A DNA stretch of 63,292 nt, filler included. It is 21 parts of 21 records of this genome, joined end to end, with 100 filler letters (N's around TTAATTAATTAA, not from the genome) between each part and the next. Parts side by side here need not be neighbours in the genome. Positions count along the whole stretch, not along the records: positions 1 to 2,113 come from SRR16133337_29758; positions 2,214 to 4,389 come from SRR16133337_29876; positions 4,490 to 6,493 come from SRR16133337_29915; positions 6,594 to 8,816 come from SRR16133337_29983; positions 8,917 to 12,009 come from SRR16133337_29995; 16 more parts are not named here. One strand, written 5' to 3'. The translations under genes and the position numbers were made by a program. The notes under the pieces were generated by a model. The model had not been told where the DNA came from. It did not search any database and saw only the letters and a program-made list of their open reading frames with translations. Of the stretch, positions 1 through 10,815 are shown piece by piece (position 1 is the stretch's first letter; each line of letters begins with the position of its first letter).

Positions 1-798
1 AGCAAGCGTATCTTATTTATACTATTAATACAAAAAAAGATACGATTGTTTGTGGCTGCAACCACAAAAACACACACGGAAGGATCGACTCCTCTATATC
101 TAACCTCGCGCAAAAATTCTTGTTCGGGCCCTTGAAAAAGCTCAAGTAAAACCTTACACCCCAATTGGTTGTAACATGTAGAATAAGAGGATTCCCAACA
201 CCACACCCCTCTCTCACTACTCAACACAACTGATGAGGGTAGGGTATTCACATAACATTTTCATCACACACCATTCTCCAGCCATGATGTTTGTGTTATG
301 TTCGGTCATTCACCACAACTTTCCTAGCATTAGTGTCGCCTCACGCTGCGGCTTCATACCTCCAAACGGTTAAAAAAATATGTAAACTTTCGCAGTGTGG
401 TGGACTTGCCTGTCTCCTTGGAATTTCAACTTCGGGTAAAATGAATTGTATCGCCGCGACAGTCGAGAACAACCAACCACGCGGTTTTTCCGTGCCTCCT
501 GGTACTGCGGACATGGCGAATTTTTAATTGGTTTTCTATCAAATAGTCTTTTATTCAACGACTATAAAAGTACAAAAATCAACTTGACTTATCTTTTTAT
601 AGAGCGTAAAATATATAAGTGATGATTGGATTCCAAAAATATTACAGAATGTTCACAAAAATTCCGGACTGTTTCAAAATTGATATAAAATGTACAACTA
701 AAAATTAAAATGCCATAGTCAATAACGTGCGAAAATATAGTACACAAACGCTTGTGAAAAATCTTTCTATATTTTACATAAAAAAACGTATGAAAAAC

Positions 799-1827
799 TC
801 AACTCCTGTTCTCCACAGTGTGGTTCCTTATCGCACTTTTGATATAATCAACCTTTGCTTTCTCACGAATCGTTGTAATAAATGCATTGCCGACATGCTG
901 AAATGGTTTGTCGAAGCGAACTGCATGAGTGATGTAATAACAATATTTTCTCGATTGATCAGGAAATCCTGCCCACACATTATGTTGCAAGAAATCATCG
1001 CCAAGTCGACAGCAACGTTTAATGTACATAAGACCTAACAAACGACAAAATAATAACAATCAGAATAATGTTTCAACACTAAATGTTTATTTCGCGACAC
1101 CAAATGTAAAACCAAGAACATTTTCCGAATAATGAATATTTGTACACATTTGAAATGTCAACTTTTTTGCAGTAAAACACTACAAAATGCAGAAATTATG
1201 CTATGTGCACATATTTTTCCACAAAAACACACAAAAAAGTGTTTAACCCAAACCCGTAAGCAAAATACAACATCTTATTAAATCGCGATGTGATGTATTG
1301 CTTTATAATTCATGTTGTACAATTTAGAGAGAAAAAATGTGTTCATTCATTTTGTTAGTTTAAGCTCACACTATTTTTGAGGCCATACGGGAAATTTCTT
1401 TTGAGGGTTGAAGAAATTTGCCTCTTTGAACCATGTTAAAATTTTTAACATTTTGTGATTTCCACGATGTACTTTGGAAACAAATGCCAATATATTGTTA
1501 ATTTTTCGATATAAACACTGAAACCCGCTATAGACATAAAAATAAACACCCACTTTTTGTATGAGCTAAACATTTTTTGACACTTACCTACGACAAGACC
1601 GTATTCATATTCATCCTCAGTGTGCGGTAATTCGGGTAAAATTGTTCGAATTCGATTAAATAGATGTGCATCATTAACAGTTGATTTTGAAACACTTGCG
1701 TGAATTGCAAAATATTCGCCTCGCTCAAAACGTGTCGCTAAACTGCGTGAACGTTGCTCAACGTTTTTCTCGCCACGAAGAATAGCATCTGCCCAAGGCT
1801 GTCGAATTGTTAGAGCGCGAAAATCAT
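799..1827 (-). CDS. Eukaryotic spliced ASCH-domain protein (exons 1588-1827 and 799-1034; 5' exon not identified)
   Basis: Exon 1 gives ALTIRQPWADAILRGEKNVEQR...FAIHAS, the ASCH LSIRQPWA/GxKxxExR signature. A phase-1 GT-AG intron (g|gtaagt ... ttag|gt) joins it in frame to GLMYIKRC...VWA...YCYYITHAVRFDKPFQHVG...stop. Confidence 0.8.
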
Positions 1828-2113
1828 CTACAACAACAACGTGTTTTTTTAAAAAAATGAAAAGGTGCAAATATTTCGCACAACAACACTTCTATTGCTT
1901 AGAAACAAAATACGTATGTGATATGTTTAAAAAGTATCATTATTTAATTAAGTTAACAAAAGAGCAGAAAAAACTTTGAGTGTTATTTTTCTGATATATC
2001 GAGGAAGTGAAATTTCTTTGAAACAAATGAGGACCACTGAAACACTCCAACCCACTCAGCCGTTAAGTTCCAAGCAAAGTACAAGAAAAAGAAACATACA
2101 AGAAAGCAAAAAC

Positions 2114-2213
2114 NNNNNNNNNNNNNNNNNNNNNNNNNNNNNNNNNNNNNNNNNNNNTTAATTAATTAANNNNNNNNNNNNNNNNNNNNNNNNNNNNNNN
2201 NNNNNNNNNNNNN
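2114..2213. other. Artificial 100-bp contig-joining spacer (first of 20)
   Basis: N-run + TTAATTAATTAA (stop codons in all six frames) + N-run. Identical spacers start at 2114, 4390, 6494, 8817, 12010, 14344, 16820, 19239, 23489, 25604, 28359, 32360, 34531, 37055, 43987, 50569, 53142, 56389, 59074 and 61180. Confidence 0.98.
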
Positions 2214-2307
2214 CCCATGATTTTAAGTCTTTTTTCCTAGAAATAAAGAGCTGAAATATAATAACAAAGTGCCTAAGTCAGTTGATTTTTAAACAAGACT
2301 CCTTTTA

Positions 2308-2922
2308 CTAAATTTCCCGAAAACGGAGTTGGATAGCGTCTATAAAACCTCCATACCGTTCATAAAGCATTGGAATTACAATTCCAATCACTATTGCAGA
2401 AAGAACCCCTACCCAATCTCGTTTGGAAACCTTAAAGAAGGTATTTAAGAGTAAAAAAACAACTAGAATTCCAAATACAATAATTGCCTGAGCTATTTCT
2501 ATGCCCAATGCAAACTCAAACATAGGTAGTATTTTTGATTTGGTATCTTCCAAAAGCATTTTCAAATAAATAGAAAACCCAAGTCCGTGAATCCATCCAA
2601 AACAAAAAGACAAAAGCAAACTAATTTTAGAATTTGAATTTGTTTTTCCTCCTGAAAACAGGTTTAAAAGAGCCGTGATAAAAATGGTTAATGGAATTAA
2701 AAATTCTACCAAGGCTGTCTGTACATAAATAATTTTATACGTTGCTAAAGACAAGCTTAGTGTATGACCTAAAGTAAAAACAGAAACCAACCATAACAGT
2801 TGCTTCCATTGTTTAAAAGTATAGGCAACCACTAAAACTAATAAAAATAGTATGTGGTCATAGGCTTGAAAATCCAATACATGTGTAAGTCCCAACTGGA
2901 AATAGAACAAAAAATCATTCAT
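2308..2922 (-). CDS. HupE/UreJ family membrane protein
   Basis: Motifs G-x-x-H-V-L, DHILFLL, FTLGHTLSL, FGWIHGLGF, FALGIE; multiple hydrophobic segments. Confidence 0.9.
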   Translation of the reverse strand: MNDFLFYFQLGLTHVLDFQAYDHILFLLVLVVAYTFKQWKQLLWLVSVFTLGHTLSLSLATYKIIYVQTALVEFLIPLTIFITALLNLFSGGKTNSNSKISLLLSFCFGWIHGLGFSIYLKMLLEDTKSKILPMFEFALGIEIAQAIIVFGILVVFLLLNTFFKVSKRDWVGVLSAIVIGIVIPMLYERYGGFIDAIQLRFREI

Positions 2923-2938
2923 CTTTAAAAATTTTTAC

Positions 2939-2946
2939 CAAAAGTA
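2939..2946 (-). promoter_or_regulatory. Bacteroidota sigma-A -7 promoter element
   Basis: TACTTTTG on the minus strand matches TAnnTTTG, 16 nt upstream of the hupE-like start. Confidence 0.55.
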
Positions 2947-3010
2947 AACAATCTTATGATTATATTCCATCTAACTCGGTTTCTGAATTTTTAACGCTTT
3001 CTTTTTGTTG

Positions 3011-3055
3011 TCATGTAGTCTTGCAGATGGTGAAATGGTGATGCAGTGATGGGAT
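3011..3055. repeat. Degenerate 8-mer intergenic repeat (GTCTTGCA / nGTGATGn units)
   Basis: tcatgtagtcttgcagatggtgaaatggtgatgcagtgatg; close relatives at 19339-19370 (reverse strand) and 32292-32359. Confidence 0.65.
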
Positions 3056-3079
3056 GGAGTCTCTTTTTTGTTACTTCTA

Positions 3080-3325
3080 TTACATGACGTAACTTATATC
3101 AATTACTTTTTCAATTTGAGGGGCATATTTTTTTATAGAAGCTTCCACTCCATTTCTTAAAGTCATTTGATTTATGGAACATCCCACACAAGTACCTTCT
3201 AACTTTACTTTTACGATGTTCTCTTCTATAGAAACTAATGAAATATTTCCTCCATCAGCTATTAAAAAAGGACGGATTTCTTCCAATGCTTTCTCTACAA
3301 TCTTTGTCAATTCTTCTGCTTTCAT
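3080..3325 (-). CDS. NifU C-terminal (NfuA-like) Fe-S cluster protein
   Basis: IRPFLIADGGNISLV and GTCVGCS (CxxC); directly downstream of mrp. Confidence 0.92.
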   Translation of the reverse strand: MKAEELTKIVEKALEEIRPFLIADGGNISLVSIEENIVKVKLEGTCVGCSINQMTLRNGVEASIKKYAPQIEKVIDISYVM

Positions 3326-3367
3326 GCTTTATCAGTCTTGAGATTTAGGGTTGTCATCTTTTGTCTT

Positions 3368-4389
3368 TTAGCTTGAGCAGCCACTCATTGTTGTAATCTT
3401 TACAATTTCTGTTTCAGGGAGCTCTTTATTTCTTTTGACCAATTCGCGTATCATATTTTTGGTAATCCTGATATAGGATTTTTCTAAAAGTGTCCCAACT
3501 TGCAAAGCCACTGGATGCCCAACATCTCCTGCTTCTCTGATACTTTGTACCAAAGGAACTTCTCCTAAAAAAGAAGTTTCAATATCTTTAGCTAGATGCT
3601 TTGCCCCTTCTTTTCCAAAGATATAGTATTTATGAGTAGGGAGCTCTTCGGGAGTAAAATAACTCATGTTTTCTACAATTCCTAATACGGGAACATTGAT
3701 GTTTTTTTGTTGAAACATCGCCACCCCTTTTCTAGCATCTGCCAAAGCAATTTTCTGGGGGGTACTTACCACCACAACACCTGTAATAGGTAGTGCTTGA
3801 ACTATTGACAAGTGAATATCTCCTGTTCCTGGAGGCAGGTCAATTAATAAGAAATCTAATGTTCCCCAAGCCGCCTCAAAAATCATTTGATTTAGTGCTT
3901 TAGAAGCCATAGGACCTCTCCAAATAACCGCTTCCTTAGGATTTGTAAAAAATCCTAAGGATAAGATTTTAATTCCATAGTTTTCTATGGGTTTCATTTT
4001 AGAACGCCCATCAACAGTTACAGAGATTGGTTTTTCATTTTCGATGTCAAACATCAAATGCATGGAAGGACCGTATACATCGGCATCTAACACACCAACT
4101 TTAAAGCCCATTTTAGATAAGGTAATTGCTGTATTGGCTGTAATGGTAGATTTACCAACGCCTCCTTTTCCTGAAGCAATGGCTATGATATTCTGAATCT
4201 CAGGAAGTTTTTTCTCTTTGATTTTGTGGGCAGGCTTTTCGATAACTTTTGTAGATACGTTTACTTTTACAAGGGAATTTTCAGCAATTTTTTCTTTAAT
4301 GACTTTCGAAATTTCCACTTCCATTTTCTTTTTTGCTTGTAGTGTTGGATTGCTGATAACGATGTCTACCACAACCTCATTTCCGAAAA
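3368..4389 (-). CDS. mrp: Mrp/NBP35 (ApbC) Fe-S carrier ATPase, 5' partial
   Basis: Deviant Walker A SGKGGVGKST, LDADVYGPS, WRGPM, DLPPGTGDIHL, GIVENMS; frame open to the contig edge. Confidence 0.95.
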
Positions 4390-4489
4390 NNNNNNNNNNN
4401 NNNNNNNNNNNNNNNNNNNNNNNNNNNNNNNNNTTAATTAATTAANNNNNNNNNNNNNNNNNNNNNNNNNNNNNNNNNNNNNNNNNNNN

Positions 4490-5158
4490 TCTTTAACTTT
4501 TGCTTGAAATGGTTCAATTTGACAATCCACTGTTTTGCCTGAATTTGCAGGTATCTAAAAATATAAATGTAAACAAAAGCTCATTTAGAAAAGCACTAGT
4601 ACATGATTGACCAGCCTCGCACATCTCCACGTTGACGTGTCTAAATGTTTGAAATTCAAAGGGAGGGTGTGCGAATGTGTGATTGACCACCGAGTGTCAT
4701 TTGATGGAAATTTGTAGGATGATGTTTTTTCCAAAAATTCAATTTAGCCAAATTTCACCCAAACGATATGACCAGTGAAATTAATTTAACTATTCCCACA
4801 AATTTTTTTATGGTAAAATCAACATATTTCACAAATATTATTGCTTTGAAGCATGAAATTTCGAAGGATTGTATGTGTGGGTGTTTATTCATTGATAACC
4901 CTGTACCATAGCCGCATCAACCTACCATACACCCTTTTGGTTTGGAGTTTGTATTTGAAATGACTTGTGCTCTAATTCTGTTTTTAGTGGGGCGTTAACA
5001 TACCTCAGGTACACCAGGGATCCTTACAGCATCGCCTGTATGTGTTCCTTTTGGCTTAATGTGTCCAAAAACAACATTATCTTTTTCCTCCGTTATTTCA
5101 GCATTCCAATCCCAATCCGGAAAAGCATTAATCAACGTCGCACTTAATTGTATAAATA
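4490..5158 (-). CDS. Eukaryotic spliced SnoaL-like ester cyclase (NTF2 fold), partial; exons 5004-5158 and 4490-4554
   Basis: Not in the ORF track. Spliced product FIQLSATLINAFPDWDWNAEITEEKDNVVFGHIKPKGTHTGDAVRIPGVPE|IPANSGKTVDCQIEPFQAKVK carries the AFPD...GTHTG...IPA-x-GK pattern, with a phase-0 gag|gtatgt ... ttttag|ata junction. Confidence 0.75.
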
Positions 5159-8100
5159 CTAAACACAAACACTCATGTATGAAAACGAAAATAAGCGAAT
5201 CAAAAAACTAGGGTAGTGTTAAGTCAACATGTACATCTACTACAACAACTGTACAATGTAATAATACTACTGACGAAGCAGAAGAGCATCCATTCACCTT
5301 TATATTACAGTGAAGATATTTGAGGTAATAGCACTTTCGCGGGTTATTTTTTGTGCTTTCGGGCGTTCGTTTGGATGGTTTTGCGCGGTTGGTGAGCGTG
5401 GTGGTGGAGCAGAGGAATGGTGGAGGGGCTGAGGTCCAAAAGCGTTGTGAAATTCTTACCAAAATCTCTTTGAGACGCCTTCCTTTAGCATATCCCTTAA
5501 GCAAGCTGACCAAGGAGCAAAATAAAAGTGAAAACATTTGTCTGCCACCCAATGCTCTATGCTCAGTTCAACACCACAAATAGAACGGGACAACGCATAT
5601 TTTTGCAAAAAAATACACTACTCGACGCTGCAGTTGATATCGCATTCCTCAAAGCCGAACACTTCTCTTTAGTGTTGAGAAAAGTCCCTTTTTAAGGCTC
5701 TCTTCAAGATGGGTGTTTTGCATTTTTAATGTTGGTTTCATCAAATTCTTCAAGTTCAGCAGAAGCATTCGGAATATTTGAACAATTAAAATCTGATAGC
5801 AAAGGTATGGTTTGCCACCAAACGATCTTAGTACCCCAAAATTTTTTTAAATCATACTTTGTGCGAAAAGCCCCATAATAATGCAGAAAAATAAAATTAA
5901 GAACAACATAATATGATTGATTTTGACTTTCATTTGATTCGGAAACCCTTACTGACAATTTTCCACTCGGCACCAAGTATGACTCCCATGATAGGCAGAG
6001 CAACCGGAACTGCAAAAAGTTGGTAGTTTTCCCTGTTGTAGTGGCATTTTTCAAATTTCTTTTGCGTAGAAAAACAAGATACACCAGTGCGTCTGTTTGT
6101 GTTGGTGTTATGTCATTGTGGAAATGAAAGTGCGAATGACAAATCATTTATGGGTGCCAAATAAATGTATCCAAAACAAAAAAAATGTTAGATCAGACAA
6201 GTTCGATCAATTACGAGCCCTAGTCAAGTTTGAGTGTGTTGGAAGGCACCACCGCGATATCACGATCATGTTCCAGCAAAAAGGGATTCGCGTCTTTTGA
6301 TCGGTTTTATTTTGTCCACAGAGTGTTGAGAAATTCGAACTTCTGCAAACCGTTTTAATGGGAAAGCCAACTTACTGATATCATCCGATTTCAAACGCCA
6401 CTCAGAGTAAATTGAACTGCAGCTTGGGGTCCTTTCTCCATTTCCTGAAGCCAAATTTTAACCTATCAGGTCAGCTGCTAAACACACTTCCCGNNNNNNN
6501 NNNNNNNNNNNNNNNNNNNNNNNNNNNNNNNNNNNNNTTAATTAATTAANNNNNNNNNNNNNNNNNNNNNNNNNNNNNNNNNNNNNNNNNNNNTTATTCA
6601 TTGATATGGACTGTACACATTTCCGTGGCATTTTGAAATACGCAATACTATTACCACTTCAAATTACACGTATCTACGGGGGAAAATGGAGTCAAAACGA
6701 GGGCGTTGTTTGAAAATATTACCATCACCTTTTGGTGGGTTGTATTATTCTTAATTGCATCACATTTTTGTGAACGAATTTGATCCGTTTGAGATGAAAA
6801 TATTTAAATTAAAATGTATTATACACATGTTTGGAAAGGACCGTTCCTTTTCGTACATTTTTCGTATGTAGTGGGGGGACTCACACCACGCCGTATGGCC
6901 AGGGGGTCACTCAGTGTACAGGAAGATTGGGACATATGAAAACTTGTACTTCATTTTTACGAGAATCAGTGTTGTTCACTCCCGAAAAAAATGTTTCCAT
7001 CAGAAATACGTAAAACCAAGAATATTTGTTATTTCCTCTCTAAAAGGTTGTGTTTTTTTAAAAATCCAAGGGTTACTGCACTCACAGGGTGACAAACTCC
7101 TGGGACGGCTGAGCCTGTTACACTCCACCCGCAATGCAGTGACCTCATGATGCAACAGAACCCGCTATACTCCATACAACAACGATAACAACCTCCATAC
7201 TACAAAGTCATCTCTGTTCCATTCCCGAGGGCGGCAACTGCACGGAACGGCTCTATCCACCCAATTCCCTCATACAAGGTTGTAGCCTCCTGACCGGGCC
7301 AGGCTCGCTATCCTCCACTCTTGAAGACATATTTTGAAGCTTAATTCGTGTCCCTTACATTTTTTGGGACCCGACCCACACAAACACAAAAATTGTGTCG
7401 TCTCGTAATAGAGTGCCTGTGTGAACTTTTTTTCAATTATCAAAAGTGTCTCGCCTGTAGCCAAGGATTATTCTCGTCTTATTCAAAATACATGCTACCC
7501 AACCACGAATTTGTAAAACGCGAAAGATCAAAATCCATGAAAAACTGTCGTGGAAAAACGAAAATGAAGTCTCTTCTTTTCTCTGTGGCTAATGTTGGTC
7601 ATAAACACATTTCAAATTCACAAGAACTTTCTTTTTTTTCTCTTAGAAAAGTTGTTACCAATAACCCAAATATTTATTCACATCAAACATCGCGAATTTT
7701 TCGCAAATTTATTTTTAGAATTTTTTTCACCAAAAATAGAATTCTTGTGGAATATTTTTTGAAAATTCGTAATTACACCCAATCAGGACGTATTAAATAC
7801 CTTAATCAGCTCAGCTATCTGCGGCTTAAAGCAGCTTGGCAGTAATCCTCACAAAACACACTCCTTTACAATATTTTTGTTGGTTGTGTAAAACGTTAAT
7901 AAAAACTAGCCGTTCACCCAAAGGTGAAGTCTACAAAAACTACCGTTTGGTTTCTCCACCCCTTTACACAATAAAAGTAACCCGTACGGTGAAATTTAGC
8001 CCTCTAGGTCAGTTTCTTATTCGCAAGGGGGTGAAATACATTGGGTTTATGAAAATAAAGAAGCAATAACGAGGGCGTATTTCTTAAAAAGCCTGGCTGG

Positions 8101-8919
8101 CTCCAAAAAGCTCGGTATTAGCCAGCTTTTTTTTTTCTCTTGAGCTTTTGTTTCCACATTATTGTTGTGAAACCATCCGTCCATTCATGAAATTTGAAGA
8201 GAGAGGTTTTATTTCCCCGGCGCGTCACGCACGTTTTCAGTTTTTTTTGTGTGTTTAGGGACCAAACATTAGTAGTACACAATGAAGCTCAGTTTGTTTC
8301 TTGGTATAGTTCTGTTATTCGGCGCTGGCGGTACGTATGGGGTTTTCATGAAGAGCAGTGTGAAACTTTTATTGCGCCCCTCCAAATTTACGATTTCAAT
8401 GGCCAAAAGTTTTTCCTAATATTTCATAGGTCGGCGAAAAGTTGCCCAAAGATTTGTGAAAAACTTTTTTTTTTATTATTAGCAATGAAAATTTACAGAA
8501 TAATTAAATTGCTATTCAAATTTCGGTCAAAAAACTCTGAGATATCTTCTTTTTCTAACTGTTATTCTTGTGGGTACACTTTGCCCTCAGGTGACACCAC
8601 ACATTGTTTCAACAATTTTTCAATGCACGTTTACAAAATTGTGTGCAGTTGCTTTATTACATACATAATGAAAGGTTCCAATGGCATCTCCTTGATGATT
8701 GTGCAACAAACAATAATGAAAAGTGAATAGTATTCTTGGAGTTTGCTTTTCACTCACAACGTTTTCGTGCATGGGGATTTTTTTAAAAGGTAGGACTCTG
8801 TTTAAGGTAGGACAATNNNNNNNNNNNNNNNNNNNNNNNNNNNNNNNNNNNNNNNNNNNNTTAATTAATTAANNNNNNNNNNNNNNNNNNNNNNNNNNNN
8901 NNNNNNNNNNNNNNNNAAA

Positions 8920-8946
8920 TTCGGGTTTCTAAGGGGACGGAGTATA
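8920..8946. mobile_element. Probable IS terminal inverted repeat at contig edge
   Basis: TTCGGGTTTCTAAggggaCGGAGTATA is 23/27 identical to the start of another contig (59174-59200); both end in TA. Confidence 0.55.
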
Positions 8947-9103
8947 CAAGACCATTGTGCGTCATTATGATCAACCGTATATTTTAGCAATTTCGATTTT
9001 TTCCAACACATAATTCCAACGCTCCAAAAACCAAAAGAGCTAAAATTTTTCAACGCTAGGACAAATACAATAGGAATTTCTTGTTTTCCAAAATTTGACA
9101 AAC

Positions 9104-9125
9104 TATATTTGACACTTAATGTCAA
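9104..9125 (+). promoter_or_regulatory. -7 promoter element overlapped by palindromic operator (C-box-like)
   Basis: TATATTTG (9104-9111) matches TAnnTTTG. The perfect inverted repeat TTGACA-N5-TGTCAA at 9109-9125 lies just upstream of the HTH gene. Confidence 0.6.
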
Positions 9126-9139
9126 GTAATCACTTTCAA

Positions 9140-9448
9140 ATGGAAACAATCGGGCAAATTTTACGGAACAAAAGACAAGCTCTAGGACTTCTTTTAAGGC
9201 AAGTCTCCGCTTATGTTGATATTGACCAAGCAATATTGAGCAAAATCGAAAGAAATGAACGAAAACCTACAAAAAAAATGTTGGAAAAACTTTCGGAAAT
9301 TCTAAAAATCGATAAGGACGAATTATTGATTCAATTTATTAGCGACAAAATTGCCTATGAAATTGTAGACGAAGATTGTGCAAGTAAAGTTCTAAAAGTA
9401 GCCGATAAAAAAATTAAATATTTAAAATCACATCCAATTCAAAACTAA
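9140..9448 (+). CDS. XRE-family HTH regulator, probable R-M controller (C) protein
   Basis: METIGQILRNKRQALGLLLRQVSAYVDIDQAILSKIERNERKP is a typical XRE HTH. It is the first gene of the MTase-REase operon. The ATG at 9140 is preferred over 9119, which lies inside the operator. Confidence 0.85.
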   Translation: METIGQILRNKRQALGLLLRQVSAYVDIDQAILSKIERNERKPTKKMLEKLSEILKIDKDELLIQFISDKIAYEIVDEDCASKVLKVADKKIKYLKSHPIQN

Positions 9449-9450
9449 CG

Positions 9451-10815
9451 ATGCGAAGATTAACAACTGACACAGAAAGTATAAGCGTAGTTGAAGAACC
9501 TCAATTAGCTGTGAAATTTTATACCCCGCCAAATAGCAAAAAAGAAGAACAAAAAGGTAAATCTACCTTAAATATGCTTTCGTTATTTTCTGGTTGTGGC
9601 GGAATGGATTTAGGCTTTGAAGGCGATTTTTCTGTTTTAAAATCTTCCGTAAACGAAGTTTTAAATCCAACCTTTATCAACCAAAAAATTGACAATAACT
9701 TTGTTAAGCTAAAAAAAACACGTTTTAAAACAGTTTTTGCCAACGACATTTTAAAAGACGCAAGAAACACTTGGGTAAACTACTTTTCAAAAAGAGGACA
9801 TAATCCTGAAAATTACCAAACAGACAGCATTGTGGATTTAGTAAAACTACACCAAAGTGGAACAAAGGTATTTCCCGAAAATATAGATATTGTTACGGGT
9901 GGTTTTCCTTGTCAAGATTTCAGTATCGCAGGAAAAAGAAACGGATTTAATTCACACAAAAACCACAAAGGCGAATTCAACACGGAAAATACAGCAACCG
10001 AAGAAACTCGTGGTCAGCTTTATATGTGGATGAAACAAGTAATTGAAATTACAAAACCAAAAATATTTATCGCAGAAAACGTAAAAGGTTTAGTCAACCT
10101 TTCAAATGTTAAAGACATTATTCTAAATGATTTTTCAGCTGCTGGAGATAATGGATATTTAGTTTTAAATCCTCGTGTTTTACACGCTGCCGATTATGGT
10201 GTCCCTCAATCAAGAGAACGTGTCTTTTTTATTGGAATCAAAAAATCTGCATTAAAAAAATCTGCTCTTGAACAATTAGAAAAAGAAATCATCTCGGGCA
10301 AGTACAATCCATATCCAAAACCAACTCACGCTTATACAACAGATGGAGAGGATTTAAAACGTCACGTAGATTTAAAGGAACTTTTTGAAAACCTGAAAGA
10401 ACCTGAAAAAACAGATGATTTATCACAAAGGATTTACTCGAAAGCGAAGTTTATGGGGAAACATTGTCAAGGTCAAATCGAAATAAAACCAGCTGGAATT
10501 AGCCCTACTATTAGAGCAGAGCATCATGGAAATATTGAGTTTAGAAGGTTATCAAAGAAAAACGGTGGAATTCTAACAAATGAACTTTCAAAAGGACTTA
10601 AAGAAAGACGTTTAACACCAAGAGAATGTGCATTAATTCAAACATTTCCGTCTAATTATGACTTTGTAATTGAAAACAAACAAGGTCGTAAAGGGTCATA
10701 TTTGGTTAGTCCATCAAAAGCATATAAAGTAATTGGAAATGCTGTCCCACCACTTCTCGCCTACAATTTGGCAAGGAGAATAGAAGATGTTTGGGATTTA
10801 TATTTTAAAAAATAA
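9451..10815 (+). CDS. DNA (cytosine-5)-methyltransferase of a type II R-M system (M.BepI-like)
   Basis: Motif I LFSGCGG, motif IV GGFPCQDFS, motif VI ENVKGL, motif VIII QSRERVF, motifs IX/X RECALIQTFP and IGNAVPP. Confidence 0.95.
   Translation: MRRLTTDTESISVVEEPQLAVKFYTPPNSKKEEQKGKSTLNMLSLFSGCGGMDLGFEGDFSVLKSSVNEVLNPTFINQKIDNNFVKLKKTRFKTVFANDILKDARNTWVNYFSKRGHNPENYQTDSIVDLVKLHQSGTKVFPENIDIVTGGFPCQDFSIAGKRNGFNSHKNHKGEFNTENTATEETRGQLYMWMKQVIEITKPKIFIAENVKGLVNLSNVKDIILNDFSAAGDNGYLVLNPRVLHAADYGVPQSRERVFFIGIKKSALKKSALEQLEKEIISGKYNPYPKPTHAYTTDGEDLKRHVDLKELFENLKEPEKTDDLSQRIYSKAKFMGKHCQGQIEIKPAGISPTIRAEHHGNIEFRRLSKKNGGILTNELSKGLKERRLTPRECALIQTFPSNYDFVIENKQGRKGSYLVSPSKAYKVIGNAVPPLLAYNLARRIEDVWDLYFKK

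Noticed and set aside
6594..8816. ORFs of 165 and 178 aa in this fragment
   Set aside because: Phe/Lys/Cys-rich translations typical of AT-rich non-coding DNA; no motifs or convincing splice model.
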